Assembly (NCBI GenBank): GCA_030053935.1
Contig: JASGCU010000001.1
Location: 14,738 to 78,737, forward strand
Source of the DNA: Chitinophagaceae bacterium
GTDB taxonomy: Bacteria > Bacteroidota > Bacteroidia > Cytophagales > JASGCU01
Direction: 5' to 3'
Length of the DNA: 64,000 bases
The position numbers and the translations under genes are program-made. Below are positions 52,817 through 61,914 of this stretch, piece by piece. Within the stretch, counting starts at the first letter, position 1, and every line of letters begins with the position of its first letter. The notes under the pieces were generated by a model that had not been told where the DNA came from, did no database searches, and was given only the letters and a program-made list of their open reading frames with translations.

Positions 52817-54238
52817 TTATGGGATGAAAGGGTTTATAGATTTATGTATATGCTTTGCTAAAAAATCAAATTGAGTGATTCCCATATACATAACGGATAA
52901 TATGACTAAAAGTTGTATGATAGAATGCCATTTGTTTATTGCTGATAGTTCTACTTTTGTTGTTCTTTGAGATGAGTAAATAATAGGAATAATACGATGT
53001 ATTATCCCATATAATATGATAATGAGAAATACCATAGTAATACCTAGTATAAAATAATGATGGCTGAGAAATATACTTTTTAGTATAAGGAATTCGGAGA
53101 AGAATATCCCCGTTGGGGGGAATGCGAGTAACGAATATGTTCCTAATAGTATTACTAATGCCCCTATGGGATTTATTTTTATATAGTTACCTATAGAATC
53201 ATCTATTTTAGAATGAAATATGCTGTGCATTTGTCCTATCTGAAAAAAGAGAACGGATTTTATAAGAGAGTGAAATACCAAATGGAGAACAGAAGCAAAG
53301 TATCCAATACCACCACAAGCAAAGGCAATTACTGCTAAACTAGCATGTTCCATCCCTGAATAAGCAAGGAGGCGTTTGATATTTTTTACTTTTAATAAAT
53401 AAACAGATGCAAAAAGTAAACTTAATACTCCAGTGATGAGAAGTACCTTATTCATCCATTCTTGGATAGGAGTATAAGCATAATAAAACCGAAGAATGGT
53501 AACAAATGCAGCATTGAGCATAACAGAACTAAGATTTGCTCCTACGGGAGAAGGGGCTACATCTTTTGCATCTATATCTACGTTGAAAAGTGGTACCAGT
53601 CCCATTTTTACACTAAATCCCGTAAGAATAAAAAGAAAAGAAGTTTTGAGCCATAAGGGGTTCATACTATATGCATGTTTTTTTACTACCTCGTATGATA
53701 AATCATGGTCCGTGGTCTGATTCACCGCTATTGTTAAAAAAAGTATTCCTGCAAAAGCCAGTGCTACCCCAATAGAGCAAACATACAAGTATTTCCATGT
53801 CGCTTCCAAAGCCCCTTTATCTCTATCATGATAAATAAGTAAACTCGCTGAAAGGGTCGTTGCTTCTATAAATACCCATAAAAATCCAAAATTATTCGTA
53901 GTGAGTACACCTGTTATTGAGGCATAAAAAATAATTGTCCCAGCGTTATGAAGTCGTATAGTATAATCCGTTTCTTGCCTCACTTCTGCATATTGCTTGT
54001 AATGGATCCCAGACAAAAAAGATATTATAACCGTAAGCCATAAAAAAAGTAACGAAAGATTATCTACCATAAAAAAAGTATCATATACTATCCCCACTCG
54101 CATACTAAAAAAGCACACAAAACCTAATAAAACAAACGAATATAAGAATGTAATAAGATGACTTATTGTTTTATTGAAAAAAAAACTCCCTCCTATACAG
54201 AGACACGAAACTATTAAAAAAGAAAGAACCATATACAT
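52817..54238 (-). CDS. HyfF/NuoN/MrpD-like antiporter-type membrane subunit
   Basis: 473-aa polytopic ORF in the proton-conducting-membrane-transporter family (KMGLVPLFNVDIDAKDVAPSPVGANLSSVMLNAAF). Confidence 0.75.
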   Translation of the reverse strand: MYMVLSFLIVSCLCIGGSFFFNKTISHLITFLYSFVLLGFVCFFSMRVGIVYDTFFMVDNLSLLFLWLTVIISFLSGIHYKQYAEVRQETDYTIRLHNAGTIIFYASITGVLTTNNFGFLWVFIEATTLSASLLIYHDRDKGALEATWKYLYVCSIGVALAFAGILFLTIAVNQTTDHDLSYEVVKKHAYSMNPLWLKTSFLFILTGFSVKMGLVPLFNVDIDAKDVAPSPVGANLSSVMLNAAFVTILRFYYAYTPIQEWMNKVLLITGVLSLLFASVYLLKVKNIKRLLAYSGMEHASLAVIAFACGGIGYFASVLHLVFHSLIKSVLFFQIGQMHSIFHSKIDDSIGNYIKINPIGALVILLGTYSLLAFPPTGIFFSEFLILKSIFLSHHYFILGITMVFLIIILYGIIHRIIPIIYSSQRTTKVELSAINKWHSIIQLLVILSVMYMGITQFDFLAKHIHKSINPFIP

Positions 54239-54287
54239 TATATTTGTTTTTTTTAGTAATATAAAATAAAACTATATCTAAATTTTT

Positions 54288-54926
54288 CTAATCTTTCAAA
54301 TCAGACAAACTATCCGCATTGTCTGCCTCAAAAGTAATACTGACCCTATTAAAAAATATACCCATTACCAAAATACTACTAAAAATATCCAATAAGATAG
54401 CTGAATTTATCAGAATAGGAATATCACTCCCTATTGCTAAGGAAAGCAAAAAAATACCATTTTCTAACACCAAATACCCAACTATGTGAGTAATAATCTC
54501 TTTGTGTGTAATTGCTATAAATAAACCTATAAGAACAGAAGATATTGCCACCGTGAGATATTTAATATTCAAATGCTCTTTATAAAGTATATGTGCTAAA
54601 GTAAAACTTATCAGCACCGCCACTATAGCAAATAATACAGAATAAAACCCTTGTAATAAAAACACATTATGTCTTGAATTTTCCATCATATTTTGTCTTT
54701 TTATAATCCATTTCAAAAATAAAGGGATAAATATCGCTTTAAATACGAGGGTTTCTAACAAAATAAACACTAAATGTTTTATATCTATTTCATGAAGCTC
54801 TAAAATACCAATGAAAAACAGTAAAATCCCTTGAAACCCTAACAGCCAAACATAACTCACTACTAACTCTGTCTTTACTAAAAATATTAAACTAATAAGA
54901 AATAAAATGATAAGAAACGAAAGCAT
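54288..54926 (-). CDS. HyfE-like small membrane subunit
   Basis: 212-aa ORF with ~7 TM segments. Its position between the HyfC-like and HyfF-like genes matches hyf operon order. Confidence 0.6.
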   Translation of the reverse strand: MLSFLIILFLISLIFLVKTELVVSYVWLLGFQGILLFFIGILELHEIDIKHLVFILLETLVFKAIFIPLFLKWIIKRQNMMENSRHNVFLLQGFYSVLFAIVAVLISFTLAHILYKEHLNIKYLTVAISSVLIGLFIAITHKEIITHIVGYLVLENGIFLLSLAIGSDIPILINSAILLDIFSSILVMGIFFNRVSITFEADNADSLSDLKD

Positions 54927-54931
54927 AATTT

Positions 54932-55840
54932 TTATATTTTATTGTTAATAATAATAATTACAAATAAAAGTATGATAGAAAAACAGAAGAGGGATATTAA
55001 AAAAATACTGTTTTTTATCATTTTATTCCTTGCTCTAAATGATTCATAAATCCCTATCCCAACAGCAAAGAGAACCTGTATACATAAAAATAGAAATATT
55101 GCTAATATACCCTGTAAATCCCCAGGTAATATACAATTGGCTATAAAAGTACCGAATATACTCATTTTTAGTGCTGTCCCTAATTGCACTAATGCTAAAT
55201 CAAAACCACTGTGATCTAAAATTATCACTTCATGTACCATAGTAAGCTCCAAATGTGTGTTTGGATCATCAACAGGGAGACGGCTCGTTTCCACTAAAGT
55301 AATACTTGCTAATATATATACACTCAAAAATGCTATCATGAAAGAAAAATCCGACCCAAAATGAAGCTCCTGAAACAGTGACGCAAATGAAGTATGACCC
55401 GTAAACATACACAAAGAAGCTAATAAAGTAAAAAACACCGGCTCCACAAACAAACTATACAGAACTTCCCTATTTACTCCCATTCCTTCAAAACCACTAG
55501 AAACATCTAAACCCGAAAGGACCATAAAAAAACGCCCTAAACTAAACATATATGCAAAAAAAATAAAATCTCCCTCAAAGGAAAGAATCCCATTAAAATG
55601 GCATACAGGTACTACTAAAGACCCAATTAAGATACTCACAAAGTAAACCACAGAACCTATCTGCATAAGAAACGAAGAAGAACTGCTAAAAATACTCCCT
55701 TTTTTGAATAACCGCATTATATCATAAAACGGTTGAAAAATAGAAGCACCGCAACGACCACTCAAATACGCCTTAGTCCGAGCAATTATACCTGAAAAAA
55801 CCAAAGCCGATACAAATATTAACAAAAATACTACCATCAC
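54932..55840 (-). CDS. HyfC/HycD/NuoH-like membrane subunit
   Basis: 302-aa polytopic ORF with the NuoH-like conserved patch RLPVDDPNTHLELTMVHE. Its start overlaps the upstream gene's stop (55837-55840). Confidence 0.7.
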   Translation of the reverse strand: MMVVFLLIFVSALVFSGIIARTKAYLSGRCGASIFQPFYDIMRLFKKGSIFSSSSSFLMQIGSVVYFVSILIGSLVVPVCHFNGILSFEGDFIFFAYMFSLGRFFMVLSGLDVSSGFEGMGVNREVLYSLFVEPVFFTLLASLCMFTGHTSFASLFQELHFGSDFSFMIAFLSVYILASITLVETSRLPVDDPNTHLELTMVHEVIILDHSGFDLALVQLGTALKMSIFGTFIANCILPGDLQGILAIFLFLCIQVLFAVGIGIYESFRARNKMIKNSIFLISLFCFSIILLFVIIIINNKI

Positions 55841-57810
55841 AATATGCTTAAAAATGTTAATAACCCTATTATTAATAAAAATAATAACGGATATACTACA
55901 TAATGATTAATATATCCCGTCTGAACCTTTGCCATAACATGCGAGCAAAAGAAAATAATACCCGATATTTTTTGTGTAAAGAAAACATCTAACCCATCTT
56001 TTACATAAGAATGAAATTTTCTCCCCACAGGAAATATCTCTTTCTCCTCTATCTTTTTATATTCTACTTTATTATGCAACACAGGATTCAAAATACCTCT
56101 TAGATTATCTGAAAAAGAAGAGAGTGTATACTGATGTCTATAATCCGATCCCGAATAACCACAACCCCAAGTAGCACTCCTTTCTACGATTACTTTTGAC
56201 AAATGCCACCTCCTCAAAGCATATATTATTCCAAAACATATTATCAATCCTATATGAAGAATACTTATACTCTCTAATGTTCCTATCAAAGCATCACGGT
56301 CTGTACTTTCTAATGAAAAAACACCGACGCTTCTTTCTAAAAAAAGAAACATATACTGAGGCAAAATACCAATACAAAGCATAAAAAATATCAACACAAA
56401 AGGAAGTTTTGTCATCCAAAAAGAATTTTCTGGAAGCTTTTTTTCCCCTAAAACACTACGGCTACTCCCCAAAAAAGTTAAACCATACATTCTTACAAAA
56501 GAAAAAAGAGACAAACCACCTATTAAAGTCATCCCTATAATAGATACAACACCCAAAATAATCTCTTGATACGAACCCCCTAATACAAAAGAATAAGAAG
56601 CCCTATACAGTAAAAATTCCGAAATAAAACCATTCAAAGGCGGTAAAGCTAAAATACCCATAGAACCCATTAAAACTAAAAAACTCGTAACAGGAATCTT
56701 TTGTGCCAATCCTCCTAAAAGCGTCGCATCCGTACCGCCTACCATTTTTTGAATATTCCCAGTCATAAAAAATAATAACGACTTATACAAACAATGCCCA
56801 AACACATGTAGCAAAGCACCCGAAAAACCCAAATACGAAATTATAGAAGAATGAAAACCCCTTCCCAAAAGTCCTATTCCCATACCTATTCCTATAATTC
56901 CTATGTTTTCTATGCTACTATATGCAAATATCCGTTTTATATCTTTTTCAAAAATCGACTGTAAAATCCCATATATACCCGTGCAAATCCCAAAAAACAA
57001 CATCCCCATCCCAAACTCTAAAGAAAAAACACTTATAGGTATAATAACTTTCATAATTCCAAAAATACCCATCTTCGTAATAATAGCAGACATTATTGCT
57101 GAAATATGCGAAGGAGAAGCAGCATGAGCATCAGGAAGCCACGAATGAAAAGGAATAAAGCCCGCTTTAAACCCAAATCCTATACATAAAAAAACACTCA
57201 CTATCACACTTTCTTTCTGACCTGATATCTTTCCTAAACTCTCAAAAGACATACTCCCCGTAAAACTATCCAAAAGAAAAAAACCTATACACAGAAAGAA
57301 AAAACCTATATGCATCTGAACAATATACCGTAAAGCAGCATCTATTACCTTCTTTTCTTCCGAATGAAAAAGTATCAGTAAAAAGGCACTCACCGTCATC
57401 ATTTCCCACCAAAATAAAAATGAGAACCCTCCATCCATACTTACTACCAATATCAAAGAACTATGCAGTAATACCAACGAAAAAAAATACAAAGACATCC
57501 ACATATTTCCCTTCTTCAAATCATAACCTTGCATATAATCTAAAGCGTAAAAATTCGCTACCATTACAACTATATGAATCATAAGTGAAAACAGAAAAGA
57601 CAAACCATCTATTTTTATAAAAATAGCTTCTTGTGAAAAAGGCGATAAAAAATACACAATCTGAACACCACTATTCCAAAAATTCAAAACCCAACGCATA
57701 TCTACCACAAAAATAAATAAATGCAACAACAACGAATAGTATTTTTTTATACCCGATGGCAGTATAAAAATAGCCCCCCCTAATAAAAGCACTCCTAATA
57801 TTAAAAACAT
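55837..57810 (-). CDS. HyfB/HycC/NuoL-like antiporter-type membrane subunit
   Basis: 657-aa polytopic ORF with HSWLPDAHAASPSHISAIMSAIITKMGIFG, typical of NuoL/MrpA/HyfB. Confidence 0.8.
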   Translation of the reverse strand: MFLILGVLLLGGAIFILPSGIKKYYSLLLHLFIFVVDMRWVLNFWNSGVQIVYFLSPFSQEAIFIKIDGLSFLFSLMIHIVVMVANFYALDYMQGYDLKKGNMWMSLYFFSLVLLHSSLILVVSMDGGFSFLFWWEMMTVSAFLLILFHSEEKKVIDAALRYIVQMHIGFFFLCIGFFLLDSFTGSMSFESLGKISGQKESVIVSVFLCIGFGFKAGFIPFHSWLPDAHAASPSHISAIMSAIITKMGIFGIMKVIIPISVFSLEFGMGMLFFGICTGIYGILQSIFEKDIKRIFAYSSIENIGIIGIGMGIGLLGRGFHSSIISYLGFSGALLHVFGHCLYKSLLFFMTGNIQKMVGGTDATLLGGLAQKIPVTSFLVLMGSMGILALPPLNGFISEFLLYRASYSFVLGGSYQEIILGVVSIIGMTLIGGLSLFSFVRMYGLTFLGSSRSVLGEKKLPENSFWMTKLPFVLIFFMLCIGILPQYMFLFLERSVGVFSLESTDRDALIGTLESISILHIGLIICFGIIYALRRWHLSKVIVERSATWGCGYSGSDYRHQYTLSSFSDNLRGILNPVLHNKVEYKKIEEKEIFPVGRKFHSYVKDGLDVFFTQKISGIIFFCSHVMAKVQTGYINHYVVYPLLFLLIIGLLTFLSIL

Positions 57811-57885
57811 ATCTTTTTTATCGTATGATAATGAAATAAAAAAGTAAAAGGCAGAAAATACATCTCGCCTTTTACAAATACTACA

Positions 57886-60072
57886 CTACTTTTTTTCAAG
57901 TAATACACTCAAAAATTTCTCGGAAAATCTTATTATTTGTGTTATACCATACACATCTAATAACTCTTTCTTAGAATGGATAACAACCCTATTTTTACGG
58001 CACTCCATGTGAACATACACATTGTCTTCAAAAAATGTTATTATACTTTTATCAAAAAACTTGTTTATAGCATCCTCTTCATCCCCTCGCAAGTAATATT
58101 TTTGTGAAAATATAGGATATTCTGGAAAATCTATATCTTTACCAGAAGAAATTTCTGAAATCTTTGTAAAAAATCCCTCCGGAATAAGTATGAAATCTGG
58201 AACACTCAACGGTAATTCTGTCAAATACAAAACAGTAATAAAAGTATCATTCCGCTCCCGTAATACTCCCTCTGTTATAATAATATCAGATACAGTCACA
58301 TGCCCTTTTTCCAAATATACATCCAAAACGTTCTCTTCGTAAGAAATTCTACTCCCTATCTGAATATTAAAATCCCTAAATTTCATAAGATTCTTCACCT
58401 TTTGTGGAATAAAACCATACTCATTTTCAGAAGCATATATCTGTAAGGCACGCTGTCTTTCTGATAGCTTTATCTCTATTTTATATTTGGTATTAGGATC
58501 ATATTTTCGAGATGCAGTAGGATATTCTGAAAAAAGACGAAAATTATCAAAGCCTGTTATAGAAACCTTCCCCCCTTTGTCTGTAAAGTCTGATTCAAAA
58601 TATGCCAAAGCATCCATAAAACTATGATCTACAAACTTAGAACCCGAAAAATCAAAGATAATCAGTTTCTCTTTAAGTAATCCCATAAATAATTTTTTAT
58701 ATCCTATTAAATTAGAAAATATTGCCGACCCAAAGACAAAAACTTTATATCCTCCCTCTATACTCTCTAATGTGTAACGCGGTTTAAATAAATCCCGAAC
58801 AGAAACCCCGTTATATAAATGATATAAAAATTTAATCAAAACACCTGTAAAAATACCTATTAACAGATCTGTTACCAAAGTCGTAATTATGGTTACTAAA
58901 AAAATAACTAACTGCTCTGAACCTATTTTATACATTTTTAGAAACTCACTCGGCGATGCCAATCTATATGCCACTGATATCAAGAGGGCTGCCAAAGCAG
59001 AATTAGGTATCAATTCTATAATAGGTATAAAAAATAGCATCGCTACAAATAGAAAAAAACCATGGAAAAAATTAGACCAACGAGTCCTTGCTCCAAAAGT
59101 AATATTAGCAGAGCTCCTCGCTACCTCTGATATCATAGGAATTCCACCAAATAAACTTGAAATGGTATTCCCAAAACCAACTGCTATCAAATCCTTATTC
59201 GGGTCAGATTCTCGCTTCCAAGGATCTAAACCATCCATAGCACGCACCGTCAGCAAGGACTCTAAACTCCCTACTAACAAAAACATCAATACGTACTTCC
59301 AAAAAACAATACTCGAAATCCCAGAAAAATCCGCATGGAAAGTAATATCTTTCCAAAAATCCCCTATACCCACTAATGCATACTGAGGCTCCGTATCTTT
59401 AAAATCCATAAATATCTCCATTGGAATGGTTACTAATAAAACCAGTAATGCTATAGGTATCTTTTTCAAAATACCTATCTTTACCTTTGGAACCCCAAAA
59501 ATTATGAATAAACTTACTATACCAATGATAGTAACCCGAATATCCTCGTGAATAATAGAACTCGGAATCTTTCCATATAACTCTAAAGCACTGAACCCTT
59601 TTAATTCTGCAGGATCAATCCCCAAAAGAATATGGATTTGTTTAGAAAAAATAATCAATCCTATTGCTGCCAACATTCCATGCACCGCTGCATATGGAAA
59701 AAAAACAGTCAAAGAACCTATTTTAAAAAAACCAAATACCATCTGAAAAAGAGACGCTACGACTATAACTCCTAATGCCAATTCCCAACCCGATTCCCCA
59801 CCACCAAATTCCATCACACAACCCGAACAAATAGTAATCAAACCCGCTGCGGGTCCTTTTATGGTTAACCGAGAACCAGAAAAAATACTTACCAGCATAC
59901 CACCAACCATTGCCGTAAAAACCCCCATTGATGCAGGAAATTCGCTCGCCTTTGCTATACCCAAACTTAACGGTAAAGCGAGCAAAAACACCATAAAACC
60001 CGACGTCATATCTCCCAACCAATTCTCCTTCAATCCTTTTATTCCATCTAAAGGAACCCTTTGTGCTATCAT
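57886..60072 (-). CDS. SulP-family anion transporter with STAS domain and an extra ~200-aa C-terminal domain
   Basis: 728-aa ORF. The SulP TM core includes LPLSLGIAKASEFPASMG and AVGFGNTISSLFGGIPM. A STAS-like segment follows (KVFVFGSAIFSNLIGYKKLF...IIFDFSGSKFVDHSFMDAL). About 200 further residues match no domain I recognise. Confidence 0.8.
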   Translation of the reverse strand: MIAQRVPLDGIKGLKENWLGDMTSGFMVFLLALPLSLGIAKASEFPASMGVFTAMVGGMLVSIFSGSRLTIKGPAAGLITICSGCVMEFGGGESGWELALGVIVVASLFQMVFGFFKIGSLTVFFPYAAVHGMLAAIGLIIFSKQIHILLGIDPAELKGFSALELYGKIPSSIIHEDIRVTIIGIVSLFIIFGVPKVKIGILKKIPIALLVLLVTIPMEIFMDFKDTEPQYALVGIGDFWKDITFHADFSGISSIVFWKYVLMFLLVGSLESLLTVRAMDGLDPWKRESDPNKDLIAVGFGNTISSLFGGIPMISEVARSSANITFGARTRWSNFFHGFFLFVAMLFFIPIIELIPNSALAALLISVAYRLASPSEFLKMYKIGSEQLVIFLVTIITTLVTDLLIGIFTGVLIKFLYHLYNGVSVRDLFKPRYTLESIEGGYKVFVFGSAIFSNLIGYKKLFMGLLKEKLIIFDFSGSKFVDHSFMDALAYFESDFTDKGGKVSITGFDNFRLFSEYPTASRKYDPNTKYKIEIKLSERQRALQIYASENEYGFIPQKVKNLMKFRDFNIQIGSRISYEENVLDVYLEKGHVTVSDIIITEGVLRERNDTFITVLYLTELPLSVPDFILIPEGFFTKISEISSGKDIDFPEYPIFSQKYYLRGDEEDAINKFFDKSIITFFEDNVYVHMECRKNRVVIHSKKELLDVYGITQIIRFSEKFLSVLLEKK

Positions 60073-60158
60073 TCTATTAAAAATTTATACATACAGAAAT
60101 ACATTCTAAAACAACCCATCAAAAATAGTGGATTGTAGTACTTTATAGAGGGTTATCA

Positions 60159-60202
60159 CAATTTCACGAACACATGAAATTGAGTTCTTCATTATAGAAC
60201 TC
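60159..60202. promoter_or_regulatory. Two adjacent perfect inverted repeats upstream of the SulP/hyf-like cluster
   Basis: CAATTTCA-N8-TGAAATTG (60159-60182) is immediately followed by GAGTTCT-N7-AGAACTC (60182-60202). A -7-like box TATTTTTG lies on the minus strand at about 60120-60127, 48 nt upstream of the SulP ATG. Confidence 0.3.
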
Positions 60203-60299
60203 ATTGAGATCTATAATAAAGCATATATAATCAAGGTGTTATTTCAACAATAAAAACCTTTATACACAAAATCTTTCTCTTAAAAAAATAAAATGGAAA

Positions 60300-60659
60300 T
60301 CAATCCCGAAGCTGGTGTAGGAGTATGTATTTTCTGCAGAACGAAAATGCGATACGGGATCTATGATGAGATAAGGAATAATTGTAAACGAAACAAAAAG
60401 AAATAATAACAATACAAAAAGAATAAAAGGAAGTTTTTTTTTCTTTCCCCTCCTCTTCATTCTCATTTTCTCGTAATTCAAAAAAAGATAGATATATCTT
60501 TAGAAAATTATGTATTGATCCCTCTTGTGATACAAGCAATTCATTTGTTCCTTGGTACGAAACACAGGGATGTACTATTAAAATAGCATCTGCCATAATT
60601 TCAGAAACTATAGTACATAATACCAAAGAAAATAAGATAGATGCCATTTTTTTTTTCAT
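60300..60659 (-). CDS. Hypothetical small secreted/membrane protein (weak call)
   Basis: 119-aa ORF with a signal-like N-terminus MKKKMASILFSLVLCTIVSEIMADA. The C-terminal half is low-complexity and overlaps an alternative-frame ORF (60260-60481). Confidence 0.25.
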   Translation of the reverse strand: MKKKMASILFSLVLCTIVSEIMADAILIVHPCVSYQGTNELLVSQEGSIHNFLKIYLSFFELRENENEEEGKEKKTSFYSFCIVIISFCFVYNYSLSHHRSRIAFSFCRKYILLHQLRD

Positions 60660-60897
60660 TGTAAATTCATTTTTGACATACTTTTAATTTTGTAATTATT
60701 TGATTATCAATAGTTAAAACCTAATATTTTTGTAAAAAGAACTTTTTGGGGTAACTCAAATACAAATATTTTTTTAGTAATAAAGCACAAAAAATAAAAT
60801 AATTTGAATTACAAAAAAACTGATATATTTTTATTTTTTGTATGATATTATTTATATACTAATGTATGTAGCGAAATTATACATCTATGAATATATT

Positions 60898-61152
60898 TTA
60901 TTTTGTTTTGATAGCTTTTTCAATATCTTCTACCATCTTTTTAGATACAGATTTGGGATATTTTTCCTTGTGGACAAGAAGCACACGGTATGCTTTTTCC
61001 GCTATTTCATAAAGTCCTATTGGATTTTTATCGTATCTATAGCTTGCTATTACATATTCTAACTCTGCTTGAATTGTTGGTTCTATATCTAATTGGTGAA
61101 GCTTTTCTTTTGCATCTACACATGCTTTTTCTATTCTTTCATTTGCTGTCAT
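60898..61152 (-). CDS. Hypothetical 84-aa helical protein
   Basis: The ORF has balanced, non-repetitive composition (MTANERIEKACVDAKEKLHQLDIEPTIQAELEYVIASYRYDKNPIG...). I recognise no domain. Confidence 0.45.
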   Translation of the reverse strand: MTANERIEKACVDAKEKLHQLDIEPTIQAELEYVIASYRYDKNPIGLYEIAEKAYRVLLVHKEKYPKSVSKKMVEDIEKAIKTK

Positions 61153-61431
61153 AGTATTTAATTTTAATTTTTAATAATTGAAATAATAATTTTACAAATA
61201 TTTTTTGTTTTGTTCTCTCTTTTTATTTTTTATACCTATAAATATATAAATTGATTACAGAAGTATAATAAAAATGAATTTTATTATAAAAAAATAAAAA
61301 TAAGAAAATATATTTTAATTTTGTTTTTTTGTATCAAATAAAAAAATAAAAAGAATACATTCATTTTAATTTTAAAAACAAAGCAATAACAATTCGTAAT
61401 ATACATAATATAATACTTAAAAATACAATAG

Positions 61432-61893
61432 ATGATTAGAAGTTGGTTTAATTGCAAAATAAAATGCCAAAGAGAAAATGAAGACGGTGAGGTAAAACAA
61501 GTAATAGAGTCCTATTTGGTGAACGCTGGAAGTTATACAGAAGCAGAATCCATTATATACGAACGACTCATAGAATCAGTAAAAGGTGGTTTCTACCTCC
61601 AAAGTATTGCTAAAACAAGAATCAGCGATGTCTTTCAATATGCTGAGGGGGATTTTTGGTTCAAATGTAAGGTAATTTATTATTCTGTGGATGATGAAAC
61701 AGGTAATGAAAAAAAAATAAGAAACGATATGCTTGTATATGCAACTGATGTCAAAAGTGCATACGACAGATTATTAGAAAAAATAAGTGGTATCATAATA
61801 GATGTAACCATTCCTGATATTGTGCAAACGAACATAATAGAAATATTTCCGTATCAAGAGGCACAATTAGTAGAAGAAACAGAGGAGTCCTAA
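61432..61893 (+). CDS. DUF4494-like protein
   Basis: 153-aa ORF. The N-terminus WFNCKIKCQRENEDGEVKQVIESYLVNAGSYTEAESIIYERL resembles the Bacteroidetes DUF4494 family as I remember it. Confidence 0.6.
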   Translation: MIRSWFNCKIKCQRENEDGEVKQVIESYLVNAGSYTEAESIIYERLIESVKGGFYLQSIAKTRISDVFQYAEGDFWFKCKVIYYSVDDETGNEKKIRNDMLVYATDVKSAYDRLLEKISGIIIDVTIPDIVQTNIIEIFPYQEAQLVEETEES

Positions 61894-61914
61894 TATATTT
61901 TTTGTTCTATATTT

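Noticed and set aside
50454-57810. Annotating the cluster as a functional hydrogenase-4 / formate hydrogenlyase
   Set aside because: The canonical Ni-Fe cysteine motifs and the small-subunit cluster ligands are absent. No formate dehydrogenase, hyp or protease genes are nearby. I therefore call it only hyf-like/Ehr-like.
58889-60109. ORFs 58889-59386 (+), 59723-60022 (-) and 59861-60109 (+)
   Set aside because: They lie inside the SulP transporter gene, antisense or out of frame, and have no motif support.
60260-60659. Two overlapping minus-strand ORFs (119 aa and 73 aa) spanning an A9 tract (T9 on the plus strand at about 60434-60442) as a phase-variable or frameshifted gene
   Set aside because: Both translations are low-complexity and match no family I recognise, and homopolymers of this length are common in such AT-rich DNA. 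The evidence is not enough to claim slippage. Only a weak hypothetical CDS is reported.
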